From: Octopus vulgaris | Taxonomy: Eukaryota | Assembly: GCA_951406725.2 (NCBI GenBank) | Contig: OX597838.1 | Span: forward strand, 11,532,001-11,596,000 | DNA length: 64,000 nucleotides | Direction of reading: 5' to 3' | Shown: in pieces, positions 17,182-30,880 of the stretch | How the letters are laid out: each line of letters starts with the position of its first letter | Position numbering within the stretch: the first letter of the stretch is position 1 | Translations under genes and position numbers: made by a program | The notes under the pieces: generated by a model | What the model was told of the DNA's origin: nothing | Databases searched by the model: none | What the model saw: only the letters and a program-made list of their open reading frames with translations

Positions 17182-17699
17182 TGATGTTATACAGATAGAT
17201 TTCTACATTCATAGGGCAGTTTTTCTCTCCTCCCAAACGGCAATTATTAATATTATTCATCGTAAATGGCCAGCACCAAATATCATTGACCAGCAATAAA
17301 TATTTGAGTAAAATGTCTATGAGTTTGCTTCAGTTATTATTCATGAATTCAACAACGTCCATTCGTACTCCACAACAGTGATTATTAAGCCATCTGATTC
17401 AACGATTGAAATATATCATCATTAATCAGCTCAACTCAAGCAACAAGCGAACCAGGCGACAATACCATCAGTGGTGGACATTAAGCACAGCGGACATTGA
17501 GCTGGCTCATACGGTCATACTTGTTAAGTTAAATCCAACGAAATCTCAAAGCCAGAATATTCTTAAGAAGCGAGAATATTCTCGAAGCCAGAATATTCTT
17601 AAAGAAACGCTGGCAAATGGTGTCTTCGGTATTTTGATAATTTAAGAAAATGAATTCGATGCCTTGGGCAAAATATGATCATACCCTGAAGAAGGATAT

Positions 17700-18145
17700 T
17701 TAAATATGAATTAGAAGTTCGAGGTATATAAACAAAATCGAATACACATATACACAAGCTATGCGTGTATGTAATTCGTGGGTCGGCTGCAGTTTTTAGG
17801 CGCCTGATGTCAAAAAAAAAAAAAAAAGAAACAGCTGAAAGTAAGTCATAGTCAAGCGGGACAACCCGGAACGACAAACAACAATGTTTTGTCATTGTTG
17901 TGACTTTTCAATGTCGCATACCGAACAAGGCCCGCTGCCAGCCATCGATGTCTGTCGCTTCGAAAAAGGACCTATGTGAGTTGTTTCGATTGACTGACTT
18001 TCTTTCAGATGTTTTTTTTTTACACCAGGCGCATAGAGAATGCATTTTCAAACGCCTAAAAACTGCAACCGACCTACAAACTAACACAACTTATGTATGT
18101 ATGTTTGGTTTTGTTTATATATCCTGAACTGCTCCTAATTTATAC
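17700..18145. mobile_element. Degenerate MITE-like element with ~100-bp imperfect inverted ends
   Basis: ggtcggctgcagtttttaggcg versus cgcctaaaaactgcaaccgacc; tatataaacaaaa versus ttttgtttatata. Confidence 0.55.
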
Positions 18146-18209
18146 TGGAAATTTTCCGTGGCATGATACGTTGGAACTTTACCAGCAGATTGTGTTTAAA
18201 CATTTAGCA

Positions 18210-18441
18210 CAGTAGTTTTCAACCAGGGTTCCGCGAAACCTTAGGGCTCCGCCAGTACAGTCCAGGGGTTCCGCAAAAAGTTACAAAACTGCTAAAATCG
18301 GCAGTAATTTTTAATTCTCATGTGCAGATATGTGTGCAGATATGTGTGCATAAGACTATTAAATTATTGCACAGGGGTTCCTCGAGCCAGTGGAATGTTT
18401 CCTTGGGGTTACCGCTCCAGCAAAACGTTTGAAAAGCACTG
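18210..18441. mobile_element. hAT-type MITE (other copies 36071-36234 truncated, 51766-51966)
   Basis: CAGT(A/G)GTTTTCAA...TTGAAAAGCACTG TIRs; 8-bp TSD atttagca/attttgca. Confidence 0.8.
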
Positions 18442-18737
18442 ATTTTGCATATATTCATAGCGATATGGCTTGCAGCGGGCCTTGCTCGGTATGCGGCATT
18501 GAGAATGAGCAGATGAAGGCAACACAGGACAGTGTAGTTTTTGTTACACTTTATCAAGAGAAAAGAGGATTGTTGGGGACGGACAGCTTTTGATCATGGG
18601 TCAACTCATCCAGAGCTGATCTAGTGGGGGTTAAGCAACAACAACAACAACAATAGAACCAAATATTTAAAGAGAAGAAAACCACTTAAATAAGTAAATG
18701 AAGACAACAAAATTTCTTGATGGTCTCTTAATGAATA

Positions 18738-18743
18738 TTTATT
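18738..18743 (-). terminator. Poly(A) signal of protease B
   Basis: AATAAA about 40 nt after the stop codon. Confidence 0.6.
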
Positions 18744-18781
18744 AAAGATCCTAAAGACTTCGTCAATACTCTTCTTGCATG

Positions 18782-18937
18782 TCAACGACTATTATTATCA
18801 ATCCACCTTCGGAAATAAGCCACACTGCTAAAGGCGCTGATTTCTTTGTCGCATTTGTTACCAAAAGATGTCACTCCTGCCAGCACCATTTGCCCTGTTT
18901 TTTTACTGGGACAGTACAAAGGTCCACCAGAATCTCC
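18782..18937 (-). CDS. Protease B exon 6 (Ser195, stop)
   Basis: GDSGGPLYCPSKKTGQMVLAGVTSFGNKCDKEISAFSSVAYFRRWIDNNSR*. Confidence 0.95.
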   Translation of the reverse strand, partial: GDSGGPLYCPSKKTGQMVLAGVTSFGNKCDKEISAFSSVAYFRRWIDNNSR

Positions 18938-19181
18938 CTGGAATTATGAAAAGGAAAAAACATTATGAGAAACCAAAGGAATTTGAAAATATAGTATTGT
19001 TTTCTTCTTTTCTAAGTTATTTTTCCACGGGGTCGATCGACCTCCTAAAAATAGCAGCCTAATCGCCTTCAAATCCTACTTTCTGAATGAGTTTGATTTG
19101 AAGGAACATACAACGTTTTTTTTTCAAATATAGAATTGCACCCACGACGTGTGTGCATTTGTAATTCTTTGATTCTTTCAC

Positions 19182-19219
<38 letters not shown>

Positions 19220-19549
19220 ACACACGCACGCGCGCGTAATCATATTTTGGCAGTAGCACTACTTTGAGATGTGCGTTTGTAATCCGAATTAATCTTTCTT
19301 GTTAGCATTAAAAATGTGCTACACTTGCCACTCTATACTAACATATGATATGAGAAAGTATTCATGGTTCAATATTATAATGGTAAACAGATTTTTCTCT
19401 CGTGTATTCATTGAAACACAGAAATGAATTGTGGCATATGTTGAGTGCCAAGTCTGTATCTACGTGCGTGTTCGCGTATGTGTCGTGTGGATTGTGAACG
19501 AGCATTTGCGCGCCTACATGTGCGGTGTGTGTGTGTGTGTGTGTGTGCA

Positions 19550-19591
<42 letters not shown>

Positions 19592-19823
19592 CGCGCGTCT
19601 GTATATGTGAGTGAATGTTTATTATTACCTGACAGGTACTGGGTCCTCCACTTCGGAAGTCACCGGCACACAAGACGCCCTGGGAGATCACCATTCTAGA
19701 GTTTTGTTTACAGGTTTCCGTGGGAATTGCCGGAAGGGCGACTTTCTGAAGATCATTAGGTGAGTTCTGTTTCCCTGGAATATGAAAAGGACGGTTTCAT
19801 ACATTAATTTCTCTCTCTCTCTC

Positions 19824-19880
<57 letters not shown>

Positions 19881-20660
19881 TTCTGTAATCAGAAAAGATT
19901 TCTGGCAAATCCAGGAACGTCTTACCTGTTACCCAAATTCCTCAATATAATCATCCAATTGCATGAAAAACAGCAGCACCTGGTCAGGTACAGCGACCAT
20001 ACGTCTGAGTCCTTCTCTATACACACATACATATTGGCTTGCATACATACATACATACATACATACATTCAGACATTCATACATACATTCATACATACAT
20101 ACATACATACATACATACATGCATACATACATGCATGCATACATACATACATACATACATACATACATGCATACATACATACATACATACGTACATACAT
20201 ACATACATACATGCATACATACATACATGTATGCATACATACATGCATGCATACATACATACATACATGCATACATACATACATGCATACATTCATACAT
20301 ACATACATACATGCATACATACATACATGCATACATACAAAATACATACATACATACTTACATACATACTTACATACATACATGCATACATGCATGCATA
20401 CATACATACATACATACATACATGCATACATACATACATACATGCATACATACATACATACATACATACATGCATGCATGCATGCATACATACATACATA
20501 CATACATGCATACATACATGCATGCATGCATGCATACATACATACATACATACATACATACATACATACATACATACATACATAAATACATACATTCATA
20601 CATACATACATGCATACATACATACATACATACAAAATACATACATATATACATACATAC

Positions 20661-20721
<61 letters not shown>

Positions 20722-23700
20722 CACACGCACACCTACACACACACACATATATGTTTGTGTGTGTGTATGTGTGTTTGTGTATGTGAGTGCTGTAATTACC
20801 CGACCTCGTATCTATATTTTAGTATCAATCAATCAATCAATCAATCAATTAACATTCAATTTGTATCTCGAATTACGACAGAAATGAAACTAAATTTAAA
20901 TGAAAGGTAAAAATAGCAATTAGTGAAAGATATTAAGGTATAAAGATTACTAACATCCGAGATCACCCCATCCAGCGGCGATGCATCGTGCACCGTCAAA
21001 CGATTCTCCTGCTGCAGCCAGAGGTACAAAGCTGACGCAGTTGTCAGGTTTTATGCTGGTAGCCAAAGTCAATATGGCGATATCATTCTCTGTAAAGCAA
21101 TAAAAGATTCAAGGGAAGAAAGAAAATAGAAAAATATTTCAAAATATTGCAAGAAAATATTTGATATATAACAATATTGACCAAGGTTACCGTGGTCTTT
21201 TTCGTAGGCTTTTCTTCCCACGGATTAAACCTTACTTGCTTTCCCCTTTACACCATACATCATAACACTGTGATACACGATCCCTATTGATCGTTTTTTT
21301 TTTCCTCTTACCCTTTTTTTCCCCTTTTTTCTTCTTTTTTTTTCATTTCTCTTTTCTTTTGTTCCTTTTCCTTTTTTTCTTTTTTTTATTTATTATTTAT
21401 TTATTTTTTATTTTTTGTTCTTTTTTTCCCTTTTACGATCCCTTTTGATCGAAAACCTACGCCACCTTTTTTTTGTTTCTTTTGTTTTTTGTCTTTTTTT
21501 TGTTTTTTTCATCCCCCCCCCCCCAAAGAAAAGCTCTACCTTGTAACTTGTCCCATCTGTGTGCAGCCCTGTGTGGCCAATAAAGAAACTTAATTTAGGC
21601 ATAAGGTTAACAATTGTGAGGGAAAAGCAAGTTGAATAGATCGATACAGAACTTGACTGGTATTTTATTTTATCGACCCCGAAAAAGCAAAGTTGTCCTC
21701 GGAAGGATCTGAACGAAGAAATTCGGAACGAATACTGCAAAGAATGCCCTCCGACGGTCTCACAATGCTGCCAGCTCGCAGTTGTTTACGTTTGCTTCTA
21801 ATATCGGTAAAATGCGAAAAGCTTGAAGAAATATTTCATGATATTTTCTCGACACTATAATGATTAGTATTGGTTGAGAAATTTGTTACTCAGTATATAT
21901 TCTTTTACTCTTTTACTTGTTTCAGTCATTTGACTGCGGCCATGCTGGAGCACCGCCTTTAGTCGAGCAAATCGACCCCGGGACTTATTCTTTGTAAGCC
22001 CAGTACTTATTCTATCGGTCTCTTTTGCCGAACCGCTAAGTGACGGGGACATAAATACACCAGCGTCGGTTGTCAAGCAATGCTAGGGGGACAAACACAG
22101 ACACATACACACACACATATATATATATATACATATATACGACAGGCTTCTTTCAGTTTCCGTCTACCAAATCCACTCACAAGTCATTGGTCGGCCCGGG
22201 GCTATAGCAGAAGACACTTGCCCAAGGTGCCACGCAGTGGGACTGAACCCAGAACCATGTGGTTGGTTAGCAAGCTACTTACCACACAGCCACTCCTGCG
22301 CCTATAATTAAGAAATTTTAATCTTCATATCATAAATAATGGAATACTTGGTGACCCAGAGTATAACTTCCACACAATAAGTCTATTCATTATCTATTAC
22401 TTGTTATATATTACTTGTTATATCTATTACTTGTTATATATTATATATTTGTTGTATCTTGTTTATTCTAACGTAATTTGATGTTATATTTTGATTTATA
22501 TCTAAATATTATATTTTGCTGTAAAAATTAAAAGTTTCAATGTTGATAAATTTAAATGTTCCTAACAGTCAATGGATCTTTTCATTGTTTTCTGTAAACT
22601 TCCAACAGTCTTACAGATTTCAAAATACACATGGAAATTCTACAGATATTGTTTGTTGGCGCGAAATTTCTTAAAATCTCTAAAAAGTGATTAAAAGTTC
22701 CTTTTAATGTTTTATTTCTTAATTTAATATTTATAATTGCATTCTGGGGATTAATATATTTAATAAATATATATTTAATAAAAATTGTCTTTAATTCTAC
22801 AGTGACAACAGGCTCTGCTCTAAAAGGAAGACATTCAGTCTTCTATGTGCAAATCCATGATCATCTCTCTATATATAAAGCTGAAGTTGTCTGTGTATGG
22901 CAGGTTTGGTAGCCTTCAACTAACACTATTTCCTCCGAGACCCTTCGGCGCAAGTTGATCAAAATTGAGAGTATGATAGAAGAAGGCTTGCTCTTCCTTC
23001 CGTAGAAAAAAAATTCAAACCAGACCATGTTAACACCAAAAATTATTTACATCAAAAAGGTGCTTTTTTTCTATGAAAATCTCTATTTTTTACGATTTTT
23101 TGACTGCTGTGTCGTCATTTTTCGGTGTATTTCAACTAGAAAAATGTTTTCTTAAAGAGAATAACAAGCTACATAATGCAAAATTTTTACTTTTCAAAAA
23201 TTCCAATTCTAAAGGGTCGAAACAAATCTGAGCAACGCCGGGCGATACTGCTAGTGCGAGATAAACGGGTATTCCGTTGTGGGATACACGTTACGATCTC
23301 ATTAAATATTTCATTTAATGCAGCCTTCGAATGTTGAAAAGGGTGTACCTGTCCCTTGTTTGGGTGAAACAAAAAGAAGATAAATAAAAAAAATCCTGCC
23401 CAAAATACTTACTGATGATGTAATCTGTCGATCCATACTCTGCGTGGATTAAAAACGATTTTGCAGTTGTTGACTGATCGCCATAAATGTTTTGTTTGTT
23501 GGTTCCAATGTTTACCACAACTTTGTTAACGTTTCCTTCTCTGAAAAGAGAGTAGTAGTAGTAGTGGTGGTGGTGGTGGTGATGGTAGTAGTAGTAGTGG
23601 TGGTGGTGGTGGTGGTGGTGGTGGTAGTAGTAGTAGTGGTGGTGGTGGTGGTGGTGGTGGGTGGTGGTGGTGGTGGTGGCTGTTTTTAAATTAAATTATA

Positions 23701-25195
23701 TATATATATATATATATATAAGAGAGAGAGAGAGAGAGATATATATATTTAAAAAAGGAGATGTGGAACACGAGTTGTGATATATAAAAAAAGGAAATGA
23801 AGAAAATGCTGACAAAATAATTTAAGTAAGGGAGAGTGTATTTAATTAGGTGAAAGTTCTTTTTTTAAACAAAAAAAGAGAAAAATTGTGTTAGAATACA
23901 ATGTTCATTTTTTGTGAATGATTTCAGTGTATAAGAAAAAAAGTAAGAGTTTTTTACAGTGTTCTGTTTCAGAATAAGATGTTTAGTAAAAGCGTGTAAT
24001 ATACAGTATATACACATATGATTTGTAATAGTGAAGTCAAACCAAATGATATTTTGAAAAATAATTATTAGCAGTGGAAGCAATATATTAGAACCAAGAG
24101 AGAGCTTCTCGCATATAGGCACATGGCCGTGAAGGCACAGACATATCGTAGCAAACTATCATCGTTTGTTAAGGGCGCTGGAACGGCCACATCACGTTAT
24201 CTCTGTCTACTGGGCTTCTTCTATAACAGGCGCCTGGTGACCGCATACCAACTAAATCTTGTGCTATGATATATAAAGTATCAGCGAACTCTTTCACAGA
24301 CACAGTCATCTCTGTGCTTAGACCCTTTCTGTATTGGTGGATGGAAGCACTCCGTCGGTTACGACGATGAGGGTTCCGGTTGATCCAAATCAACGGAACA
24401 GCCTGCTCATGAAATTAACGTGTAAGTGGCTGAGCACTCCACAGCCACGTGTACCCTTAACGTAGTTCTCGGGGAGATTCAGCGTGACACAGAGAGTGAC
24501 AAGGCCGGCCCTTTGAAATACAGGTACAACAGAAACAGGAAGTAAGAGTGAGAGAAAGTTGTGGTGAAAGAGTACAGCAGGGATCACCACCATCCCCTGC
24601 CGGAGCCTCGTGGAGCTTTAGGTGTTTTCGCTCAATAAACACTCACAACGCCCGGTCTGGGAATCGAAACCGCGATCCTATGACCGCGAGTCCGCTGCCC
24701 TAACCACTGTATTAGCTTATTGTATTTACTTAAGAGATGGTTTGTACTTTCGCCTTCTTTTCCAAATTCTGAATTTGGTCTCTGACTGAGTTTTATCGAT
24801 CGTTGCCTGTATCAAATTCGTTACGATGCTAGTTCCTGAGCAGAATTATAATTATTCTTATTTATTATTATTGTCGCAAGAATGGCCAGTATAAATGGAC
24901 CAATTCTGAGGATACACCTTTAGTATAAAAAAAGAGTATTATAAAAGGAGAAAGGGGCTCTCTACCCACCTTTTGACCAGGCTCCCGTGGCTTTTATGGG
25001 TTTTTCCACGAGTAACCTTTCGAAGCGCCTCCCCCTATTTGGGGTTTTAATTGTTATATTTTCGTTGTTATCTCTGGAATTTTTACACGGTTTTTTTTTT
25101 TTTGCAAACGGACAAAACCCTTTGTAACTTTCGTCCTGTGTTTTGTCCCTTTATGTTTTAATTAATTTTTGTCAGCCCTTGTGGCCAATAAATGA

Positions 25196-25288
<93 letters not shown>

Positions 25289-25863
25289 GAGTGAGCGAGC
25301 AGAGCATGCCATCAAAGTGACACTGGGGTAAAATATACGAAGCCCAATATACCCATCATGACTACCCGTCTGATAAAGGTACACCAGGCACATGCATCAC
25401 AACCATATGTGCGCGACATGGTGATCTCATATCAAGATAAACAGCACATGACCTTGCAGGTGGGGCCCAGTTAGAATTTTCTTCAGGTTGAGTAGCCCAT
25501 CCCGCTCAAAAGGTCCCTGAATAAGGGTTGTTTAAGGATGTTGAAAGAACCACCCATGTTTCCAGAGGTGAATTATTCAAACCCCAAAGAATCCCTCTCA
25601 ACACATGGCTATGATGCTCCCCCACTACTTCTGCTCGTGATCAGAGCTGCACATATCGTCAGCCACTAAGGGACATGCTCAACTGGTTAAGGTCAAACAA
25701 CTGACAAGCAAATCTGTGGTATTGAGCAGAATATTTGCTGTAGCCCATCTTTTATACCAAGACAAAACAATGTACATGATAACACTTCCAATCAGTTAAG
25801 ATCAGAAGCCATGAGAGCCACTGCCTGGTACTGCATCAGGGCATTTATTATTATTATTATTAA

Positions 25864-25894
<31 letters not shown>

Positions 25895-27773
25895 TACTAT
25901 TATTATTATTATTATTGTTATTGTTGTTGTTGTTGTTGTTGTTGTCGTCGTCGTTGTTGTTGTTATTAATATCTTCATTAATGTTATGGATACTTACATG
26001 CAGTGAGCGGCCGTCACAACGTGGGTAGAATCAATGAGAGTGCCTCCACAGGCACCGTACGTGTCCTTGTGGTCCGCATCGAATACTTCTAAATGGACAA
26101 TTGACGGGAATTCACACAACCCAGCTGCTGACCCGGCAACAATCTGGTCATTTGGTGGAGCTATTTAAATAATAAGAAAACAGAATGAAATAGTATAGAA
26201 AATATGTTTAAAAATACGCAATTGGAACTAGATGTCGAAGGCGAGAATTTGGGAATTAGCAGAAACATCACAGTGGCTATCATTGTTAAGGATTTTTGCA
26301 GTTGTTATTGATGTTGGTTAACTCTGGAGTTTGCCTTAAACCAGAAGGACTATTATCAAATACTTTCCAGTTACCTCTTCCCTCTCATTGATTCAAACAT
26401 GTGTCAGTGCGTTGCTTGGATCCCTACAACCTTGGACAAATGTCTTATATCATTAATAGTACCAGGTGGTGCTGTTAAGTATTCTGGCCGAAACCTATCG
26501 AAGTTATCAAAGTTATAAAGTTATATTTAGTTCAAACCATCGATGTTCTGAATCCAAACCTATAGGCGCAGGAGCGGCTGTGTGGTAAGTAGCTTGTTTA
26601 CCAACCACATGGTTCCGGGTTCAGTCCCACTGTGTGGCACCTTGGGCAAGTGTCTTCTACTATAGCCTCGGGCCGACCAAAGCCTTGTGAGTGGATTTGG
26701 TAGACGGAAACTGAAAGAAGCCTGTCGTATATATGTATATATATGTGTGTGTGTGTGTATGTGTTTGTTCTCCTAGCATTGCTTGACAACCGATGCTGGT
26801 GTGTTTACGTCCCCGTTACTTAGCGGTTCGGCAAAAGAGACCGATAGAATAAGTACTGGGCTTACAAAAGGATAAGTCCCGGGGTCGAGTTGCTCGATTA
26901 ATGGCGGTGCTCCAGCATGGCCGCAGTCAAATGACTGAAACAAGTAAAAGAGTAAAAGAGAGTATCAAAGTTATCAAAGTTATAGAGTTATATTTGGTTC
27001 AAGCCATTTATATTCTGAATTCAAACATCGGCAAATTCAAATTTTGCTCTCATTTCTATGTGGTTGGTGAAATAAAACTGAGGTCATTTTAATGAGACTC
27101 ATGTTGATACTAGTGTCGCTCAACTTTCTCAGTGCAAGACAGACTACGATTGACAAGTAATCCAGAACGAGTTTTCTTAGAGCAACTTGTAACATTCCAA
27201 GAAAGATGCATTGGGTCATGTAGTCGTACATACGTCCTGCTAAAACATATTTGATTATAGTTAAGCTGGATCTAGGTTGAACAATAACAACAATAACAAC
27301 CTACCCTTATATCAATACGATTTTGATCACAGTCCTCCATTCTCTCTCCCATCTACAGATCTAGGGTCTTAATCAAAAGTTAAGTTAAGTTAAGTTAATT
27401 TTTTGGCTCAAAAAGCAAAAAGCAAGGCCATGTAGGGGGACATGGAGTTATGTACAGGGTGGTGTTCATGCAAAGAGTTCAGGCCATTTCTGGTCAAGAG
27501 AGACTTTGAACCGAGCGGTTGTCAGCATCTTCACTATCTCGTCCGGCAGCTTATTCCACGGATCCGCAACCCGGACGGAGAAAGCCCCTCTCCTTCGATT
27601 GAGATGAAATCGTCGCAGATAGAGCTTTTCGGAGTGACCCCGCAGCCGACGCTCTGGAGCAGGAGTACAAATGAAAAGGGTACAAATGTGTACAAATGAA
27701 ACGTTTCCCACTGAACATCCTGGACTTGTTAAGTTTTAAGGAATTAATACACTGTTATAATGTGAGGGAGTGT

Positions 27774-27869
<96 letters not shown>

Positions 27870-27912
27870 GAGAGAGAGAAAGAGAGAAAGAGGGAGAGAA
27901 AGAGAGAGAGAG

Positions 27913-28001
<89 letters not shown>

Positions 28002-28068
28002 CTTGGCACGTATATTTACCTGCAAAGGCGACCACGAAAGCAAGTGAGAGACAGCACAAGTACAACAT
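18782..28068 (-). CDS. Secreted chymotrypsin-like S1 serine protease paralog B (complete, 258 aa, 6 exons)
   Basis: join(28020..28068,25998..26160,23413..23540,20955..21089,19629..19774,18782..18937)=777 nt, all GT-AG, phases 1,2,1,1,0. MLYLCCLSLAFVVAFA-APPNDQ-IVAG...TAAHC...KNDIAIL...AAGWG...CAGD...STCQGDSGGPLYC...TSFG...WIDNNSR*. Intact His/Asp/Ser triad, Ser189. Confidence 0.95.
19629..19774 (-). CDS. Protease B exon 5
   Basis: WKQNSPNDLQKVALPAIPTETCKQNSRMVISQGVLCAGDFRSGGPSTCQ; ttccag/gtaata. Confidence 0.93.
20042..20720. repeat. Long compound (CATA/CATG)n microsatellite; many other (TA)n, (CA)n, (GA)n, (TAA)n and (TATC)n tracts throughout
   Basis: Direct inspection; these tracts generate most of the spurious ORFs. 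Confidence 0.97.
20955..21089 (-). CDS. Protease B exon 4 (Asp102)
   Basis: KNDIAILTLATSIKPDNCVSFVPLAAAGESFDGARCIAAGWGDLG; tttacag/gttagt. Confidence 0.93.
22864..23254 (+). mobile_element. Non-autonomous Helitron-like element (protease B intron 3)
   Basis: 5' TC(TCTCTATATATAAA), 3' GCAACGCCGGGCGATACTG-CTAG, inserted between A and T with no TSD. Confidence 0.75.
23413..23540 (-). CDS. Protease B exon 3
   Basis: EGNVNKVVVNIGTNKQNIYGDQSTTAKSFLIHAEYGSTDYII; ttttcag/gtaagt. Confidence 0.9.
25290..25845. mobile_element. Non-coding interspersed element inserted within (TTA)n; related fragment 10208-10455 in opposite orientation
   Basis: Flanked on both sides by TTA tracts; second diverged copy in the window. 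Confidence 0.6.
25998..26160 (-). CDS. Protease B exon 2
   Basis: APPNDQIVAGSAAGLCEFPSIVHLEVFDADHKDTYGACGGTLIDSTHVVTAAHC; ag/gtaagt. Confidence 0.94.
27378..27670 (-). mobile_element. CR1/L2-clade LINE 3' end (second copy 58738-59030)
   Basis: RGHSEKL...FSVRVADPWNKLP...FKVSLD with (AACTT)n tail. Confidence 0.8.
28020..28068 (-). CDS. Protease B exon 1 (signal peptide)
   Basis: MLYLCCLSLAFVVAFA G|gtaaat. Confidence 0.9.
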
Positions 28069-28102
28069 GGCTAAAGATGTTGAGGAAGGTTGTTGCTTCT
28101 GT

Positions 28103-28110
28103 TATTTATA
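28103..28110 (-). promoter_or_regulatory. TATA box of protease B
   Basis: TATAAATA about 35 nt upstream of the ATG, positionally conserved with paralog A. Confidence 0.6.
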
Positions 28111-28436
28111 TAATCAGTGGAGCTATGGCACGCATACAGAGAAACATTGACCTGAACAGACACACACACATGTACACACATACACACATGTACACGCACA
28201 GATGTAGATGCACATATATGCATGTATATATATGTGTGTGTATTTATATATCTATGCATGTGAATAAAAATATATGCACAAGTGTTTATGTGCAGAGGGT
28301 ATGTGTGTATGTATATACAGATGTGTGTGAATCCGTGTATACGTGTATCTATGTATACAATCCACACGTACATGCAGCTAAAGGTGTATATAGCTACACG
28401 TGCCTTATATGAGTGTGTGTGTGTGTATGTGTATAC

Positions 28437-28499
<63 letters not shown>

Positions 28500-28614
28500 G
28501 ATACAGACTGATATCCACACACACACATACATAAAATACATACATAATAGATGCATACACACACCTCACACATAGACACGCGTGTATATATATGTGTGTG
28601 TGTGTGTGTGTATG

Positions 28615-28656
<42 letters not shown>

Positions 28657-28690
28657 TATATTATATACATATATATATATACATATATAT

Positions 28691-28765
<75 letters not shown>

Positions 28766-28803
28766 TACATATACGCACATATAGATTTGCATATGTGTTT
28801 GTG

Positions 28804-28854
<51 letters not shown>

Positions 28855-29841
28855 TGTGTGCATGTTTGTGTGTAGACGTTTTCTCACTCCTCCACCCCTT
28901 CATCTTCTCACCCTCCCATTTCCAATCCAGTATTTCAGAACACTTTCAATAAATTTTAAATTGTTGTCTACAGGCGCAGGAGTGGCTGTGTGGTAAGTGG
29001 CTTGCTTACCAACCAGATGGTTCTGGGCTCAGTCCCACTGTGTGGCACCTTGGGCAAGTGTCTTCTACTATAGCCTCTGGCTGACCGAAGCCTTGTGAGT
29101 GGATTTGGTAGACGGAAACTGAAAGAAGCCCGTCGTATATATCTTTATATATATATAACTGAGAATGTGTGTCTGTCTGTCTGTTTGTGTGTTTCCCTAA
29201 AACTTGAGAACTACACAACCAATTTCATTTAAATTTTACACATGCCTTACTTAGGGCCCGGGGAGTGTCATCGGCCAAAAACAATTTTAACTTTTTGCCT
29301 AGGGCGAGCCCACAGCAATATCATATCTTCTCCACTACGATTCCCTAAAACTTGAGAACTACACAACCAATTCCATTCAAATTTTACACATGCCTTACTT
29401 AGGGTTCATGTAGTTTCAACAAGGGTCCGTCGCGAAGCTTCTTAGACTTTGTTAAAATTTACACGAGAGGAGTAATTCTTGAAATAGCTTTATAGCTATT
29501 ACCAGTCAAATTTTATGGCCATTTAAAGTTTGTGGCAATTTCCGAAAATTTCGAAATATTGAATACAAGACAAAACCTCTCACACTGGAGAACTTGGAGA
29601 CGAGGTTCTTAATGATATCCCAGACGACGTCCTTCAGAAGGTTGTTCATTCCATCCCTGACTGTTTAAGGAAAATGGTTGATGCCACCGGTGCTTACGTT
29701 AAAATGTGAAGATTTACTTTCATTTTCCCTTGTAATAAAGAACATGCGTCATTTATTTCAGTGAATTTGTAAAAAGAAAGATGGATTTTATTGCCAATTT
29801 TTAATGTCTACTTTCTTTTCACACACCCTGTATATAGACAG

Positions 29842-29961
<120 letters not shown>

Positions 29962-29986
29962 GGATAGATAGGTAGATAGGTAGATG

Positions 29987-30040
<54 letters not shown>

Positions 30041-30062
30041 CAGATAGAGGGAGGCAGCCAGC

Positions 30063-30096
<34 letters not shown>

Positions 30097-30829
30097 AAGA
30101 AAGAGACAATACAACTATACAATGCCATTTATTTACGTGAATTTTACGTAAAATAAATTATACAAAAATGAATAAAATATAGATTTTTATAGTCAACCAG
30201 CTTGCTGTTTCGTATAGTCATATTTCTTTTATCTTCATAATGAACACCACCATCGACACCACCATCGACACCACCACCATCGACACCACCATCGACACCA
30301 CCACCATCGACGCCACCGTCATCGACGCCACCGTCATCGTCGCTCCATTATCTCTCACCGTCGTGGTCACCATGAACCTCTTCTAAACCTGAGAATCTCT
30401 CTCCTCTTTTTCTTATTCTTACTTCAATCCCTTCCGCCAAACTTCTCACCCCGTCGTTCTTCTTCATCAACCCCTACATCCTCCGATATCTTACCACCTC
30501 CCTATGTATTTGCAATGTCTGCTTCAACTCGCCTAATTATATACATATAACAGGTGTTCACCCAGTCCTTCGCCCCACCACCACCACCACCACCACTACC
30601 ACCACCAATGGTCACCATTCTGTAATAGCAAAAATCGTTAATTTCTCAATTAAATTGTACGATAGGCGCAGGAGTGGCTGTGTGGTAAGTAGCTTGCTAA
30701 CCAACCACATGGTTCCGGGTTCGGTCCCACTGCGTGGCATCTTGGGCAAGTGTCTTCTGCTATAGCCCCGGGCCGACCAATGCATTGTGAGTGGATTTGG
30801 TAGACGGAAACTGAAAGAAGCATGTCGTA

Positions 30830-30880
<51 letters not shown>

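Noticed and set aside
19782-20910. Long ORFs of 225-315 aa (HTYI/MYVC repeats), and similar YIYI, HTHT and RERE ORFs elsewhere
   Set aside because: Translations of microsatellites that lack stop codons; they lie in introns or intergenic DNA.
22590-22672. Hammerhead-like ccaaca...tgttggcgcGAAATTTC
   Set aside because: The CUGANGA core is not intact; at most a decayed remnant.
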